Assembly: GCA_963843975.1 (NCBI GenBank)
Contig: CAWJMG010000003.1
Location: 600,001-632,000 of the forward strand
Source of the DNA: an uncultured Actinomycetes bacterium
GTDB lineage: Bacteria; Actinomycetota; Actinomycetes; S36-B12; CAIYMF01
Length of the DNA: 32,000 nt
Direction: 5' to 3'
A program made the translations under genes and the position numbers. The notes under the pieces were generated by a model. The model was given only the letters and a program-made list of their open reading frames with translations. It ran no database searches and was not told the DNA's origin. Shown piece by piece: positions 7,493 through 15,973 of this stretch (the first letter of the stretch is position 1; the number at the start of each line of letters is the position of its first letter).

Positions 7493-10190
7493 GTGACAAC
7501 GACAGCGCCGTCGGGCCGACCCCGCCTCCTCCTGCTCGACGGCCACTCGCTGGCCTACCGGGCGTTCTACGCCCTGCCGGTCGAGAACTTCTCCACGACG
7601 ACGGGCCAGCCGACCAACGCGGTCTACGGCTTCACCTCGATGCTCATCAACTCGCTGCGCGACGAGCAGCCGACGCACCTCGGCGTCGCCTTCGACGTCA
7701 GCAGGCAGACCTTCCGCTCGGTGGAGTACCCCGAGTACAAGGCGACCCGCTCGGCGAGCCCGGACGAGTTCAAGGGCCAGGTGCCGCTGATCCGCGGGGT
7801 GCTGACCGCGCTGAACATCCCGTACGTCGAGGCCGAGGGCTTCGAGGCCGACGACCTCATCGCGACCCTGACCACGCAGGCCGTGGCGGATGGGTTCGAC
7901 GTCCTCATCATCACCGGCGACCGCGACGCCTACCAGCTCGTCGGCGAGCACGTGACCGTGCTCTACCCGAAGAAGGGCGTCAGCGACCTCGCGCGCATGA
8001 CGCCGGAGGCGGTCGAGGAGAAGTACGGCCTCACCCCGGCGCAGTACCCCGACTACGCCGCGCTGCGCGGCGACCCCAGCGACAACCTGCCGTCGATCCC
8101 CGGTGTGGGGGAGAAGACCGCCGCGAAGTGGGTGCGCGAGTTCGGATCCCTCGCCGAGCTGGTCGAGCGCGTGGGCGAGGTCAAGGGCAAGGCCGGCGAC
8201 TCGCTGCGGGCGGGCCTCGCCGACGTCGTCCGCAACCGCCGACTGACCGAGCTCGTGCGCGACGTCCCGCTGCCGCTCACCCCGGCCGACCTCGAGCGCC
8301 GTGCCTTCGACCGCGACACCGTGCACGAAGTGTTTGACGCGCTCCAGTTCCGCGTGCTCCGCGAGCGGCTGTTCGCGCTGCACGGCGACGACGCCGCACC
8401 TGCCGCCGGCGCAGCGGAGGAGGTCGAGGTCGCGACCCTGGCCGCTGGCGCCCTCGGTGGATGGCTCGACCAGCACGCGGCGGTCGGCGTACGTGTCGGG
8501 GTCGTCCTCGAGGGTCGCTGGGGCAGGGGCGGCGGGGACGTCGACTCGTTCGCCATCGCCGCGCCCGACGGCTCTGTGGCGTGGTGGTCGGTGGGCTCCC
8601 TGCTCCCGGAGGACGAGTCGGCCTTCGCGGAGTGGCTGGCTGACGCAGATCGCGCCAAGGCGATGCACGACGCGAAGGGCCCGGAGCTCGCGCTCCGGTC
8701 GCGCGGCCTCGTGCTGGCCGGGCTCACCTGCGACACCGCGCTGGCGGCGTACCTCGTGCTGCCGGGGCAGCGCAGCTTCGACCTCACCGACCTCGTGCCG
8801 CGCTTCCTCAAGCGCGACCTCGCGGGCGCCGCCTCGGCCGGGTCCGACCAGCTGTCCTTCGACACCGATCCGGACGAGGCACGGGCCGCGTCGCTGGGCA
8901 TGCAGGCCAAGGCCGTGCTCGACCTGGCCGACGCGCTCGAGGCCGAGCTCGAGGCCCGCGGCGGCACGCGGCTGATGGCCGACGTCGAGCTTCCCGCTGC
9001 TGCACGTGCTCGCGGATCTCGAGCAGGCGGGCATCGCGGTCGACCTCGACCACCTGCAGGGTCTCGAGGACGAGTTCGGCGAGTCGATGCGCGCGGCCGA
9101 GTCGGCTGCGCACGAGCTCGCGGGCCGTCCCTTCAACCTCGGGTCGCCCAAGCAGCTGCAGGAGATCCTCTTCGGCGAGCGCGGCCTCCCGACGACCAAG
9201 AAGATCAAGACCGGCTACACGACCGACGCCGATGCGTTGCAGAGCCTGTTCGCCCAGACCGGCGACCCGCTGCTCGAGCAGCTGCTGCGGTGGCGCGACG
9301 TCTCCAAGCTGCGGCAGACCGTGACGGGCCTGCTGTCGTCGGTGTCGGACGACGGCCGTATCCACACGACCTTCAACCAGATCGTGGCCGCCACCGGCCG
9401 GCTCTCGTCGCAGGACCCCAACCTGCAGAACATCCCGATCCGCACGGCCGAGGGACGTCGGATCCGCAGCGGATTCGTCGTCGGGCCGGGCTACGAGTCG
9501 CTGCTCACCGCCGACTACAGCCAGATCGAGATGCGCCTCATGGCGCACCTGTCGGAGGACGCCGGCCTCGTCGAGGCGTTCAACTCCGGCGAGGACCTGC
9601 ACAACTACGTCGCGTCCCGAGTGTTCGGCGTCGCACCGGCCGACGTCGACGCCGCGCAGCGCAGCAAGATCAAGGCGATGTCGTACGGCCTGGCGTACGG
9701 CCTCTCGCCGTTCGGCCTGTCGCAGCAGCTGGGGATCACCCCGGCCGAGGCGAGCGGACTCATGGACGAGTACTTCGAGCGGTTCGGGGGAGTGCGCGAC
9801 TACCTCCGCGAGGTGGTCGACCGCGCCCGCGGCACCGGCTACACCGAGACGATGCTCGGACGTCGCCGCTACCTGCCCGACCTCACCTCCGACGTGCGGC
9901 AGCGCCGCGAGATGGCGGAGCGCATGGCGCTGAACGCGCCCATCCAGGGATCGGCGGCCGACATCGTGAAGGTGGCGATGCTGCGCGTCGACGCCGCGCT
10001 GAAGGCGCAGGGGCTCGCCTCGCGGATGCTGCTGCAGGTGCACGACGAGCTCGTGCTCGAGGTGGCGCCGGGCGAGCTCGACGCGCTGCGCGCCGTCGTC
10101 GTGGAGGGCATGGGCGGTGCCGTGCCGTTGACCGTCCCGCTCGACGTGTCGGTCGGCGTCGGTCGCACCTGGGAGGACGCCGGGCACTGA
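7493..10190 (+). pseudogene. polA: DNA polymerase I, interrupted by a single extra base near 8990-8996
   Basis: The N-terminus from GTG 7493 is a 5'-nuclease domain (RLLLLDGHSLAYRAFYALP, ITGDRDAYQL, GDPSDNLPSIPGVGEKTAAKW). The frame stays good up to ...GGTRLMADVELP, then turns to nonsense. The next frame reads (F)PLLHVLADLEQAGIAVDL... with pol-family-A motifs (DYSQIEMRLMAH, RRxAKxxNFG-equivalent QRSKIKAMSYGLAYG, LLQVHDELVLE) to TGA 10188-10190. The total span is 2698 nt, which is 3n+1. Confidence 0.93.
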
Positions 10191-10192
10191 GC

Positions 10193-10224
10193 CACCTGAC
10201 ACGCTCGCCGCGACTCGTCAGGTG
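10193..10224 (+). terminator. Hairpin immediately after polA (weak terminator candidate)
   Basis: CACCTGAC (10193-10200) pairs with GTCAGGTG (10217-10224) around a 16-nt loop. No U-tract. Confidence 0.3.
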
Positions 10225-10281
10225 CAACATCCCGGTCCCGCTGACGCGCCGCAGTCGTTGCGCCGTGCAAGGATCCGGCCC

Positions 10282-11727
10282 ATGCCCAGTCTCCGCCGCA
10301 CCGTCCCTGTCGTCGCCGCCCTCGCGGCCTCCGCGCTCCTCCTCGCGGGGTGCGGCTCCGGCGGGGGCGACGTCCCGCGGGCCCGGCAGGTGACGCCCGA
10401 CGTCGCCTTCACCGGCTGCGACGTCGCGAAGTGCACGGACACGATCAACGGGGCGCCGTACGAGATCAAGCTGCCGAAGACCTGGAACGGCACCCTGCTG
10501 CTGTACAGCCACGGCTACCGCTACGCGCAGCCCGCGCCGCCGGCGTTCACGCCGGTGAACACCGAGCCGCAGGCCGCGCCCGACGACGTCACCGCCCAGA
10601 CGCTGCTCGACCAGGGCTACGCGCTGGCGGGCTCGGCGTACGCCTCGAACGGCTGGGCCGTCGCCGACGGTGTCAAGGCCGCCGAGGACCTGTACGCCTA
10701 CTTCAAGGACAACGTCGGCGACCCCTACCGGGTGCTCGTGTGGGGCGACTCGCTCGGCGGTCTCATCACGCAGACCATCGCCGAGAAGCACCCCGAGTGG
10801 GTCGACGGCGCAGCGCCGTTCTGCGGTGCCGTCGCGGGTGTCGTCCCGAACATGAACCTCGCTCTCGACGTCTCGTACGCCGTGAAGACGCTGCTGTACC
10901 CGGAGATGAAGCTCACGGGCTATGCGTCGTACGAGGAGTCGGTGCAGAACTGGACCGAGGCCGTGAAGCGCGTCGTCGCCGCCGCGTCCGACACCGCGGG
11001 CGGCGGCACCGCGAAGGTGCTCTACATCGCCGCGCTCATCGACGCGCCCGTCCAGACGCAGCGCTTCGACGGCTCGACGGTGGAGTCGAAGGTGAAGGCC
11101 ACCGTAGAGGCGCTGGCGACCGGTCTCGGGTACGCGACGTTCGCGCGCTACGACCTCGAGGACCGCTTCGGGGGCAACCCTTCGTCCAACGTCGGGACCG
11201 ACTACTCGACGCGCGTCGACGCGTCGGAGGCATCGCTCGTGGACGCGGTGACGGCAGGCGCGACGGCGGATCTCAACGCGCTCATGGCCGCTGGAGTCCG
11301 GGTCGAGGCGGACGCGGCCGCGCTGGAGAAGGCGAAGTCCGAGGGCGGCGATCCCCAGGGCACTGTGCAGGACCCGACGATCACCCTGCACACGGCTGCC
11401 GACCCGCTCGTCATCGCCCAGAACGAGACCTTCTTCGCTGACAGGTTCGCGGCCGCCACGGCTGCCGGCACCGCCACAGCGGGGCTGGTGCAGCTCTACA
11501 CCGTCGCGCCGTCGACCTACCCGGAGGAGCCGGGCGCGCCGTACGGCGCGGGTCACTGCAACTTCACGTCCGAGTCGCGGGTCGCGGTCATGGGGCTGCT
11601 GACCCGTTGGGTCCAGGACGGCGTCTTCCCGGGTGCAGCAGCGGTGGAGTCCGCGATGGGCGACTCTTCGGGATACAGCCCGCTGTGGACTCCCGGCCCG
11701 TGGCCCAACACGGCCGACGCTTCGTGA
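10282..11727 (+). CDS. Secreted lipoprotein with an alpha/beta-hydrolase (serine esterase-like) core
   Basis: ATG 10282 gives MPSLRRTVPVVAALAASALLLAGCGSG, a signal peptide plus L-A-G-C lipobox. A nucleophile-elbow-like motif VWGDSLGG follows a SHGY oxyanion-like segment. The specific family was not recognised. Confidence 0.7.
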   Translation: MPSLRRTVPVVAALAASALLLAGCGSGGGDVPRARQVTPDVAFTGCDVAKCTDTINGAPYEIKLPKTWNGTLLLYSHGYRYAQPAPPAFTPVNTEPQAAPDDVTAQTLLDQGYALAGSAYASNGWAVADGVKAAEDLYAYFKDNVGDPYRVLVWGDSLGGLITQTIAEKHPEWVDGAAPFCGAVAGVVPNMNLALDVSYAVKTLLYPEMKLTGYASYEESVQNWTEAVKRVVAAASDTAGGGTAKVLYIAALIDAPVQTQRFDGSTVESKVKATVEALATGLGYATFARYDLEDRFGGNPSSNVGTDYSTRVDASEASLVDAVTAGATADLNALMAAGVRVEADAAALEKAKSEGGDPQGTVQDPTITLHTAADPLVIAQNETFFADRFAAATAAGTATAGLVQLYTVAPSTYPEEPGAPYGAGHCNFTSESRVAVMGLLTRWVQDGVFPGAAAVESAMGDSSGYSPLWTPGPWPNTADAS

Positions 11728-11750
11728 GCCGTGATGCCCGCAGGGAGTCG

Positions 11751-12509
11751 TCAGAGGGGAAGTCGACGGAACAGCGGACGCGGCACGTGCCGAAGCGCTG
11801 ACATCACGGGGCGCATCAGGCCCGGGGCGTACACGATCTCGCGACCCTTGGCGAGGCCTTCGACGACGGCGGCACCGACATCTTCGGCCGACACCGCGAG
11901 CGGCGCGTCCGGAAGGTGGGCCGTCATGCGCGTGCGGACGAATCCGGGTCGCACGACCATCGCCCGTGCACCGGAGCCGCGGAGCATCTCGACGATGCCG
12001 AGCCCGACGGCGTCCAGGCCCGCCTTCGTCGACCCGTAGACGAAGTTGGAGCGACGGGCACGCTCTCCGGCGACGCTGGACAGAACCACGAGAACTCCGT
12101 GCCGCTGCTGCCGCAACCGGGTCGCGACGTGCAGGGCCACGGACATCGACCCGACGTAGTTGACCTGTGCCGCGCGGACCGCGAGCGACGGGTCCGACTC
12201 GAACTCGCTCTGGTCGCCCAGCACCCCGGCAACCAGCAGGACGACGTCGATGTCGCCGGCGTCGAAGGCCTGCGCCACGAAGGCCTCGTGCGAGGAGGTG
12301 TCCGACGCGTCGAACTGCGCCGTCACGACTCCCGCGACCCCGGCACGGGTCAGGGATTCTGCCGCCGCGTCGAGCTCTGGAGACGGCCGCCCTGCCAGGA
12401 CGACGCGGGTGAGCGACTGCGGGTCCAGGGCGCGGACGGTGGCAAGACCGATCTCGCTGGTGCCACCGAGGACGAGGACGGACTGCGGGCGTCCGTGGGC
12501 ATCGATCAC
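11751..12509 (-). CDS. dprE2: Decaprenylphospho-2'-keto-ribose reductase (DprE2-type short-chain dehydrogenase)
   Basis: 252-aa SDR with LVLGGTSEIG (NAD(P) site) and the YGSTKAG catalytic motif. It lies directly downstream of dprE1 and is start/stop-coupled to it (GTGA at 12506-12509). Confidence 0.85.
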   Translation of the reverse strand: MIDAHGRPQSVLVLGGTSEIGLATVRALDPQSLTRVVLAGRPSPELDAAAESLTRAGVAGVVTAQFDASDTSSHEAFVAQAFDAGDIDVVLLVAGVLGDQSEFESDPSLAVRAAQVNYVGSMSVALHVATRLRQQRHGVLVVLSSVAGERARRSNFVYGSTKAGLDAVGLGIVEMLRGSGARAMVVRPGFVRTRMTAHLPDAPLAVSAEDVGAAVVEGLAKGREIVYAPGLMRPVMSALRHVPRPLFRRLPL

Positions 12510-13837
12510 AGGTCAAGCCTCCGGGAGAGATCCGAGGCGAGCACGCCCCGGGGGTCGGCGTCGCGCCTGACGGCCAGCCACTCGTCGAGGCGCGGGTACA
12601 TGGCCCGCAGGGTGGCGGGCGTCGTGCGGGCGTCCTTGGCGAGGTACGTGCGCCCGCCCGCCATGACCACCATCCGGTCGAGCGCGTCCAAGGTCGAGGC
12701 GAGCGCCGGCACCCGGGTCGGGACGTCGACGGCGAGGGTCCACCCGGCCAGCGGGAACGACAGCGCCGAGGCGTTGCCCTGGCCGAATCGCTTGAGGACG
12801 GTCAGGAACGACGGCGCACCGGCCGCGTGCAGACGCTGGAGGATCCGGGGCACGAGGTCTGCGGCCGCATCAGGCACGGCGCACTGGTACTGGACCAGTC
12901 CACCGGGTCCGTAGACGCGGTTCCAGTCGTCGACCCCGTCGAGCGGGTGGAAGAAGGCCCGCACCCCCTGGCGCTCTGCGTCGCGCGAACGGGGCGCCTT
13001 GCGGAACCAGGTCTCGTTGAAGGCCGCGACCGTGAGGCGGTTGACCAGGCCGAAGGGCGGCGTGAGGGGCACGCGCAGACGTGCCGGCGCCCCAACCGCG
13101 CCCGCAACGCCTGCCGTGGGCGCGTGGTCGCCCTGGGTGACCACACCTCGGCCGAGACGCGCCCCCGTCGCCGTGGCGTCGATCCACGCCACGGAGTAGC
13201 GGTGGGACGCGTCGGTGGCGACGAGGTGCGCCATGACGGCGTCGAGGCTGTCGAGCCGGCGGGTGTCGACGAGCACGTCGGTGGACGCCACCGCCAGGGC
13301 CCTGAAGGAGACCTCGGTCAGGACGCCCGTCAACCCCATGCCGCCGACGGTCGCGCGGAACAGGTCCAGGTCGGCGCCGGTCGAGGACGGCCCCACCCGA
13401 CGGATGCCCCCGGCCGGGGTGACGATCTCGAGGTCGACGACGTGGTCGCCGAACGAGCCGTCGTGATGGTGGTTCTTGCCGTGCACGTCCGCCGCGACGG
13501 CGCCGCCGACGGTGATGCGGCTGGTGCCCGGGGACACCGGCACGAAGAGCCCGTACGGCTCCAGGACGTCGATCACCTGGCCCAGGCGAGCGCCTGCTCC
13601 GCACCGCACGACGCCGTCGTCGCCGACCTCGACCCGTGCAAGGGCGGACAGGTCGAGCACGGTGCCGCCGGCGTTCTGCGCGGCGTCGCCGTACGACCTC
13701 CCGAGCCCCCGGGCCACCACGCCGCGCGGCGGCGCCTCGTCGAGGATGCGCGTGACGTCGGCTGCCGCCCGCACTGCGCGGACCTCCGCCGACGTGGGGC
13801 TCGTGCGCCCCCACCCGTGCAGCAGCTGCTCAGGCAC
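12506..13837 (-). CDS. dprE1: Decaprenylphosphoryl-beta-D-ribose 2'-oxidase (DprE1, FAD-dependent)
   Basis: The 443-aa product starts at GTG 13837 (VPEQLLHGWGRTSP...). It contains RGLGRSYGD and GGAVAADVHGKNHH. The C-terminus FGQGNASALSFPLAGWTLAVDVP...YLAKDARTTPATLRAMYPRLDEWLAVRR aligns residue for residue with the M. tuberculosis DprE1 C-terminus as I recall it. Confidence 0.9.
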   Translation of the reverse strand: MPEQLLHGWGRTSPTSAEVRAVRAAADVTRILDEAPPRGVVARGLGRSYGDAAQNAGGTVLDLSALARVEVGDDGVVRCGAGARLGQVIDVLEPYGLFVPVSPGTSRITVGGAVAADVHGKNHHHDGSFGDHVVDLEIVTPAGGIRRVGPSSTGADLDLFRATVGGMGLTGVLTEVSFRALAVASTDVLVDTRRLDSLDAVMAHLVATDASHRYSVAWIDATATGARLGRGVVTQGDHAPTAGVAGAVGAPARLRVPLTPPFGLVNRLTVAAFNETWFRKAPRSRDAERQGVRAFFHPLDGVDDWNRVYGPGGLVQYQCAVPDAAADLVPRILQRLHAAGAPSFLTVLKRFGQGNASALSFPLAGWTLAVDVPTRVPALASTLDALDRMVVMAGGRTYLAKDARTTPATLRAMYPRLDEWLAVRRDADPRGVLASDLSRRLDL

Positions 13838-14702
13838 CGCTGGCCGCCAACGCGAACGTGATCACCCAGAGCAGGGCGAGCACCTGGAGCGGGCGGTCGC
13901 GGAGAGCGACATCCTCCGGGGCCTCGGCGCGACCCGCGTCGATGTCCAGCGCGTACCGCAGCACCGCCAGCACGAAGGGTGCGACCGACCAGGCGGCCCA
14001 GGAGCCGTTGGCGCGGATGCCGACCTCGAACGCCCACAGGCAGTACGCCGTGATCGTGACAGCTGCAGCCAGTCCCCAGACGAACCTCAGGTAGCTCGGC
14101 GTGTAGCTGGACAGGCTCCGTCGCGCGGGCTCCGAACCCTCAGGCTGGGCCAGCAGCTCGGAGAACCGCTTGCCGGAGGCCATGAACAGGGAGCCGAACG
14201 CGGCGACGATGAGGAACCACTGCGACACCGGGATCCCGGTGGCGCTGCCGCCCGCGATCGCGCGGAGGAGGAACCCGGCCGAGAGCAGCGCCAGCTCGAG
14301 GACGGGCTCGTGCTTGAGCCGCGTGGAGTACGCCACCGTGGCGCCGAGGTACGCGGCCAGGACCCAGACCAGCTCGGGGCGCGTGAACCACCAGGCAAGA
14401 CCGAGCGCCAGCACGACCAGAGCGACAGCCGCGCCCAGCGCGACAGCGGGAGTGAGCGCACCTCGCGCCACCGCCCGATCGCGCTTCACCGGGTGCGCGC
14501 GGTCGGACTCGATGTCGAGCACGTCGTTCACGAGGTACGTCGCGCTGGAGACCAGGCAGAAGCAGACGACGGCGATCAGCGAGGGCCGCAGCACGTCGGG
14601 CTCGAGGAGGCGACCTGCCGCGAGCGGGACGGCGAGCACCAGGACGTTCTTGGCCCACTGGCGCGGACGCAGCGCGGAGAGCAGCGCCGTGGCCCTGCTC
14701 AT
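13830..14702 (-). CDS. ubiA: Decaprenyl-phosphate 5-phosphoribosyltransferase (UbiA superfamily, Rv3806c-like)
   Basis: ATG 14702 gives MSRATALLSALRPRQWAKNVLVLAVP... with the UbiA motif YLVNDVLDIESDRAHPVKRDRAVARG. The product is 290 aa and polytopic. Its start overlaps the upstream stop (ATGA 14699-14702) and its end overlaps the dprE1 start by 8 nt. The rest of track ORF 13830..16493 is artefact. Confidence 0.85.
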   Translation of the reverse strand: MSRATALLSALRPRQWAKNVLVLAVPLAAGRLLEPDVLRPSLIAVVCFCLVSSATYLVNDVLDIESDRAHPVKRDRAVARGALTPAVALGAAVALVVLALGLAWWFTRPELVWVLAAYLGATVAYSTRLKHEPVLELALLSAGFLLRAIAGGSATGIPVSQWFLIVAAFGSLFMASGKRFSELLAQPEGSEPARRSLSSYTPSYLRFVWGLAAAVTITAYCLWAFEVGIRANGSWAAWSVAPFVLAVLRYALDIDAGRAEAPEDVALRDRPLQVLALLWVITFALAASGA

Positions 14703-15901
14703 GCGTCCCCCTTCCGCCGTGCCCGCAGGACCGCTCCTGCCGACGTGAGCAGTGTCGCGGATGCGACGACGCACCAGGCGACCGACACGGGTGAGGTGCG
14801 ACCCACCGTCACCACGAGGACGACGAGCACGACGACCGCAGCCCACACCAGGACTGCGGCGCGCGGGTCGTCGGCGGCGAGGCGGTCGTACAGAACGAGG
14901 TAGGCGAGGGACAGCATGACGCCCGAGAGCACGAACACCGCGGCGGACGCGGCCACCACGTCGTAGCCCGGGCCGAGGAGCAGCGGAACCGCCCGGGCAC
15001 CGATCGCGGCGGCGACCGCGACCTCGACCGCTCCGAGACCGCACAGCAGCAGGAGCGCGCGCCTCAGCGCTCCGCGCTCGCCGTTCGCCAGGCGGGGGAA
15101 CACCGCGACCACCACGGCCTGCGGCAGCCAGAACGCGACCTTGGCGAGGATGGCACCGGCGGCGTACTGCCCTGCGTCCTCGGGGTTCAGGAGGGCGCGT
15201 GCCAGGAGGACGTCGATCGAGGTCAGGGTGAACATCGCGAGGAGGGCGAGGGCGGCGCGACCGGTCTCGGCAGCCATGGCACGCTCGACGGGTCCACGGG
15301 TCGGGTGAGCCACCGGGCCGAGCGGTCGCACGGCGAACCAGCCGGCGATCGAGCCGACCAGGATCGCGATCGCGGTGATCGTGACGCTGCGGGTGACCAC
15401 GACGGCCACGAGGGCGAGACCGCTGCGCAGCACGGCCGCGAGCGCGTACTGCGTCGACAGTGCTGCGAACCTCTCCGCACCCTGGGCGGTGCCGAGGGCG
15501 AGACCCGTGAGGGTCAACGGCACGAAGGCCAGCGCCAGCGCCGCGAGGGGCAGCAGACCGAGGTGCAGCACCACGGCGAGCACCGGCACGGCCACGAGGG
15601 CGAGCACCCCCTCGACCAACGCCGCGGCGAGCGCCACCCGGCCGAGTGCGGCTCCGTCGTCCCCCCGGGCAGCGCGGCGGGCCACGACCGCCTGGACGGC
15701 GAGGGAGACGACGTTGCCGATGAGCAGCACGTTGAGCAGCGCGCCCAGCTCTCCGAACGCTGCCGGGCCGAGGAGTCGGGCGCCGACCACGTTGACGGCG
15801 TATCCGAGCACCTGGCCGACGGCGAGACCGACCGCAAGCAGCGCGCTGCTGCCGAGCAGCGCGCGGTGCCGCCGGACGGACTGGTCGGACGACGCGCTCA
15901 C
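14699..15901 (-). CDS. Polysaccharide-biosynthesis / MOP-superfamily (Wzx-like) flippase
   Basis: GTG 15901 follows GGGGAG. The 400-aa product has about 12 hydrophobic segments. The N-terminus RALLGSSALLAVGLAVGQVLGYAVNVVGARLLGPAAFGELGALLNVLL is typical of Wzx/'polysaccharide biosynthesis protein' families. Confidence 0.7.
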   Translation of the reverse strand: MSASSDQSVRRHRALLGSSALLAVGLAVGQVLGYAVNVVGARLLGPAAFGELGALLNVLLIGNVVSLAVQAVVARRAARGDDGAALGRVALAAALVEGVLALVAVPVLAVVLHLGLLPLAALALAFVPLTLTGLALGTAQGAERFAALSTQYALAAVLRSGLALVAVVVTRSVTITAIAILVGSIAGWFAVRPLGPVAHPTRGPVERAMAAETGRAALALLAMFTLTSIDVLLARALLNPEDAGQYAAGAILAKVAFWLPQAVVVAVFPRLANGERGALRRALLLLCGLGAVEVAVAAAIGARAVPLLLGPGYDVVAASAAVFVLSGVMLSLAYLVLYDRLAADDPRAAVLVWAAVVVLVVLVVTVGRTSPVSVAWCVVASATLLTSAGAVLRARRKGDA

Positions 15902-15973
15902 GTTGCTCCCCGGTTCGTGGCTGACGGACGCGCCACAATAGGCCCGTCCACCCCGTCGAAGCCTGGAGGTCGC
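15902..15973. promoter_or_regulatory. Divergent promoter region between the flippase/DPA operon and the GT-C-like gene
   Basis: This 72-bp gap holds the only AT-rich patch nearby (ccACAATAgg, 15935-15940). On the minus strand it reads TATTGT, which fits the actinobacterial -10 pattern TAnnnT, about 30 nt upstream of GTG 15901. No convincing -35. Confidence 0.3.

Noticed and set aside
8985-9000. Programmed ribosomal frameshift in polA
   Set aside because: There is no slippery X XXY YYZ heptamer, no prfB-like CUU-UGA context and no obvious downstream stimulatory structure. Two other genes carry the same one-extra-base defect, so indel error is the simpler explanation.
7466-9208. 580-aa minus-strand ORF opposite polA
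   Set aside because: It is antisense to a clearly recognisable polA. The translation is Arg/Gly/Ala-rich and not protein-like.
9006-10190. Stand-alone 394-aa polymerase-domain gene starting at GTG 9006
   Set aside because: The frame is already open and sensible upstream of 9006 (FPLLH). It continues the N-terminal polA fragment exactly when one base is removed, so it is a fragment of one gene and not a separate CDS.
9883-12516. 877-aa minus-strand ORF spanning the polA 3' end, the lipoprotein gene and dprE2
   Set aside because: The ORF is out of frame with dprE2 (11751..12509), whose product has its own track entry. It is a GC-driven open frame with Arg/Pro/Gly-rich translation.
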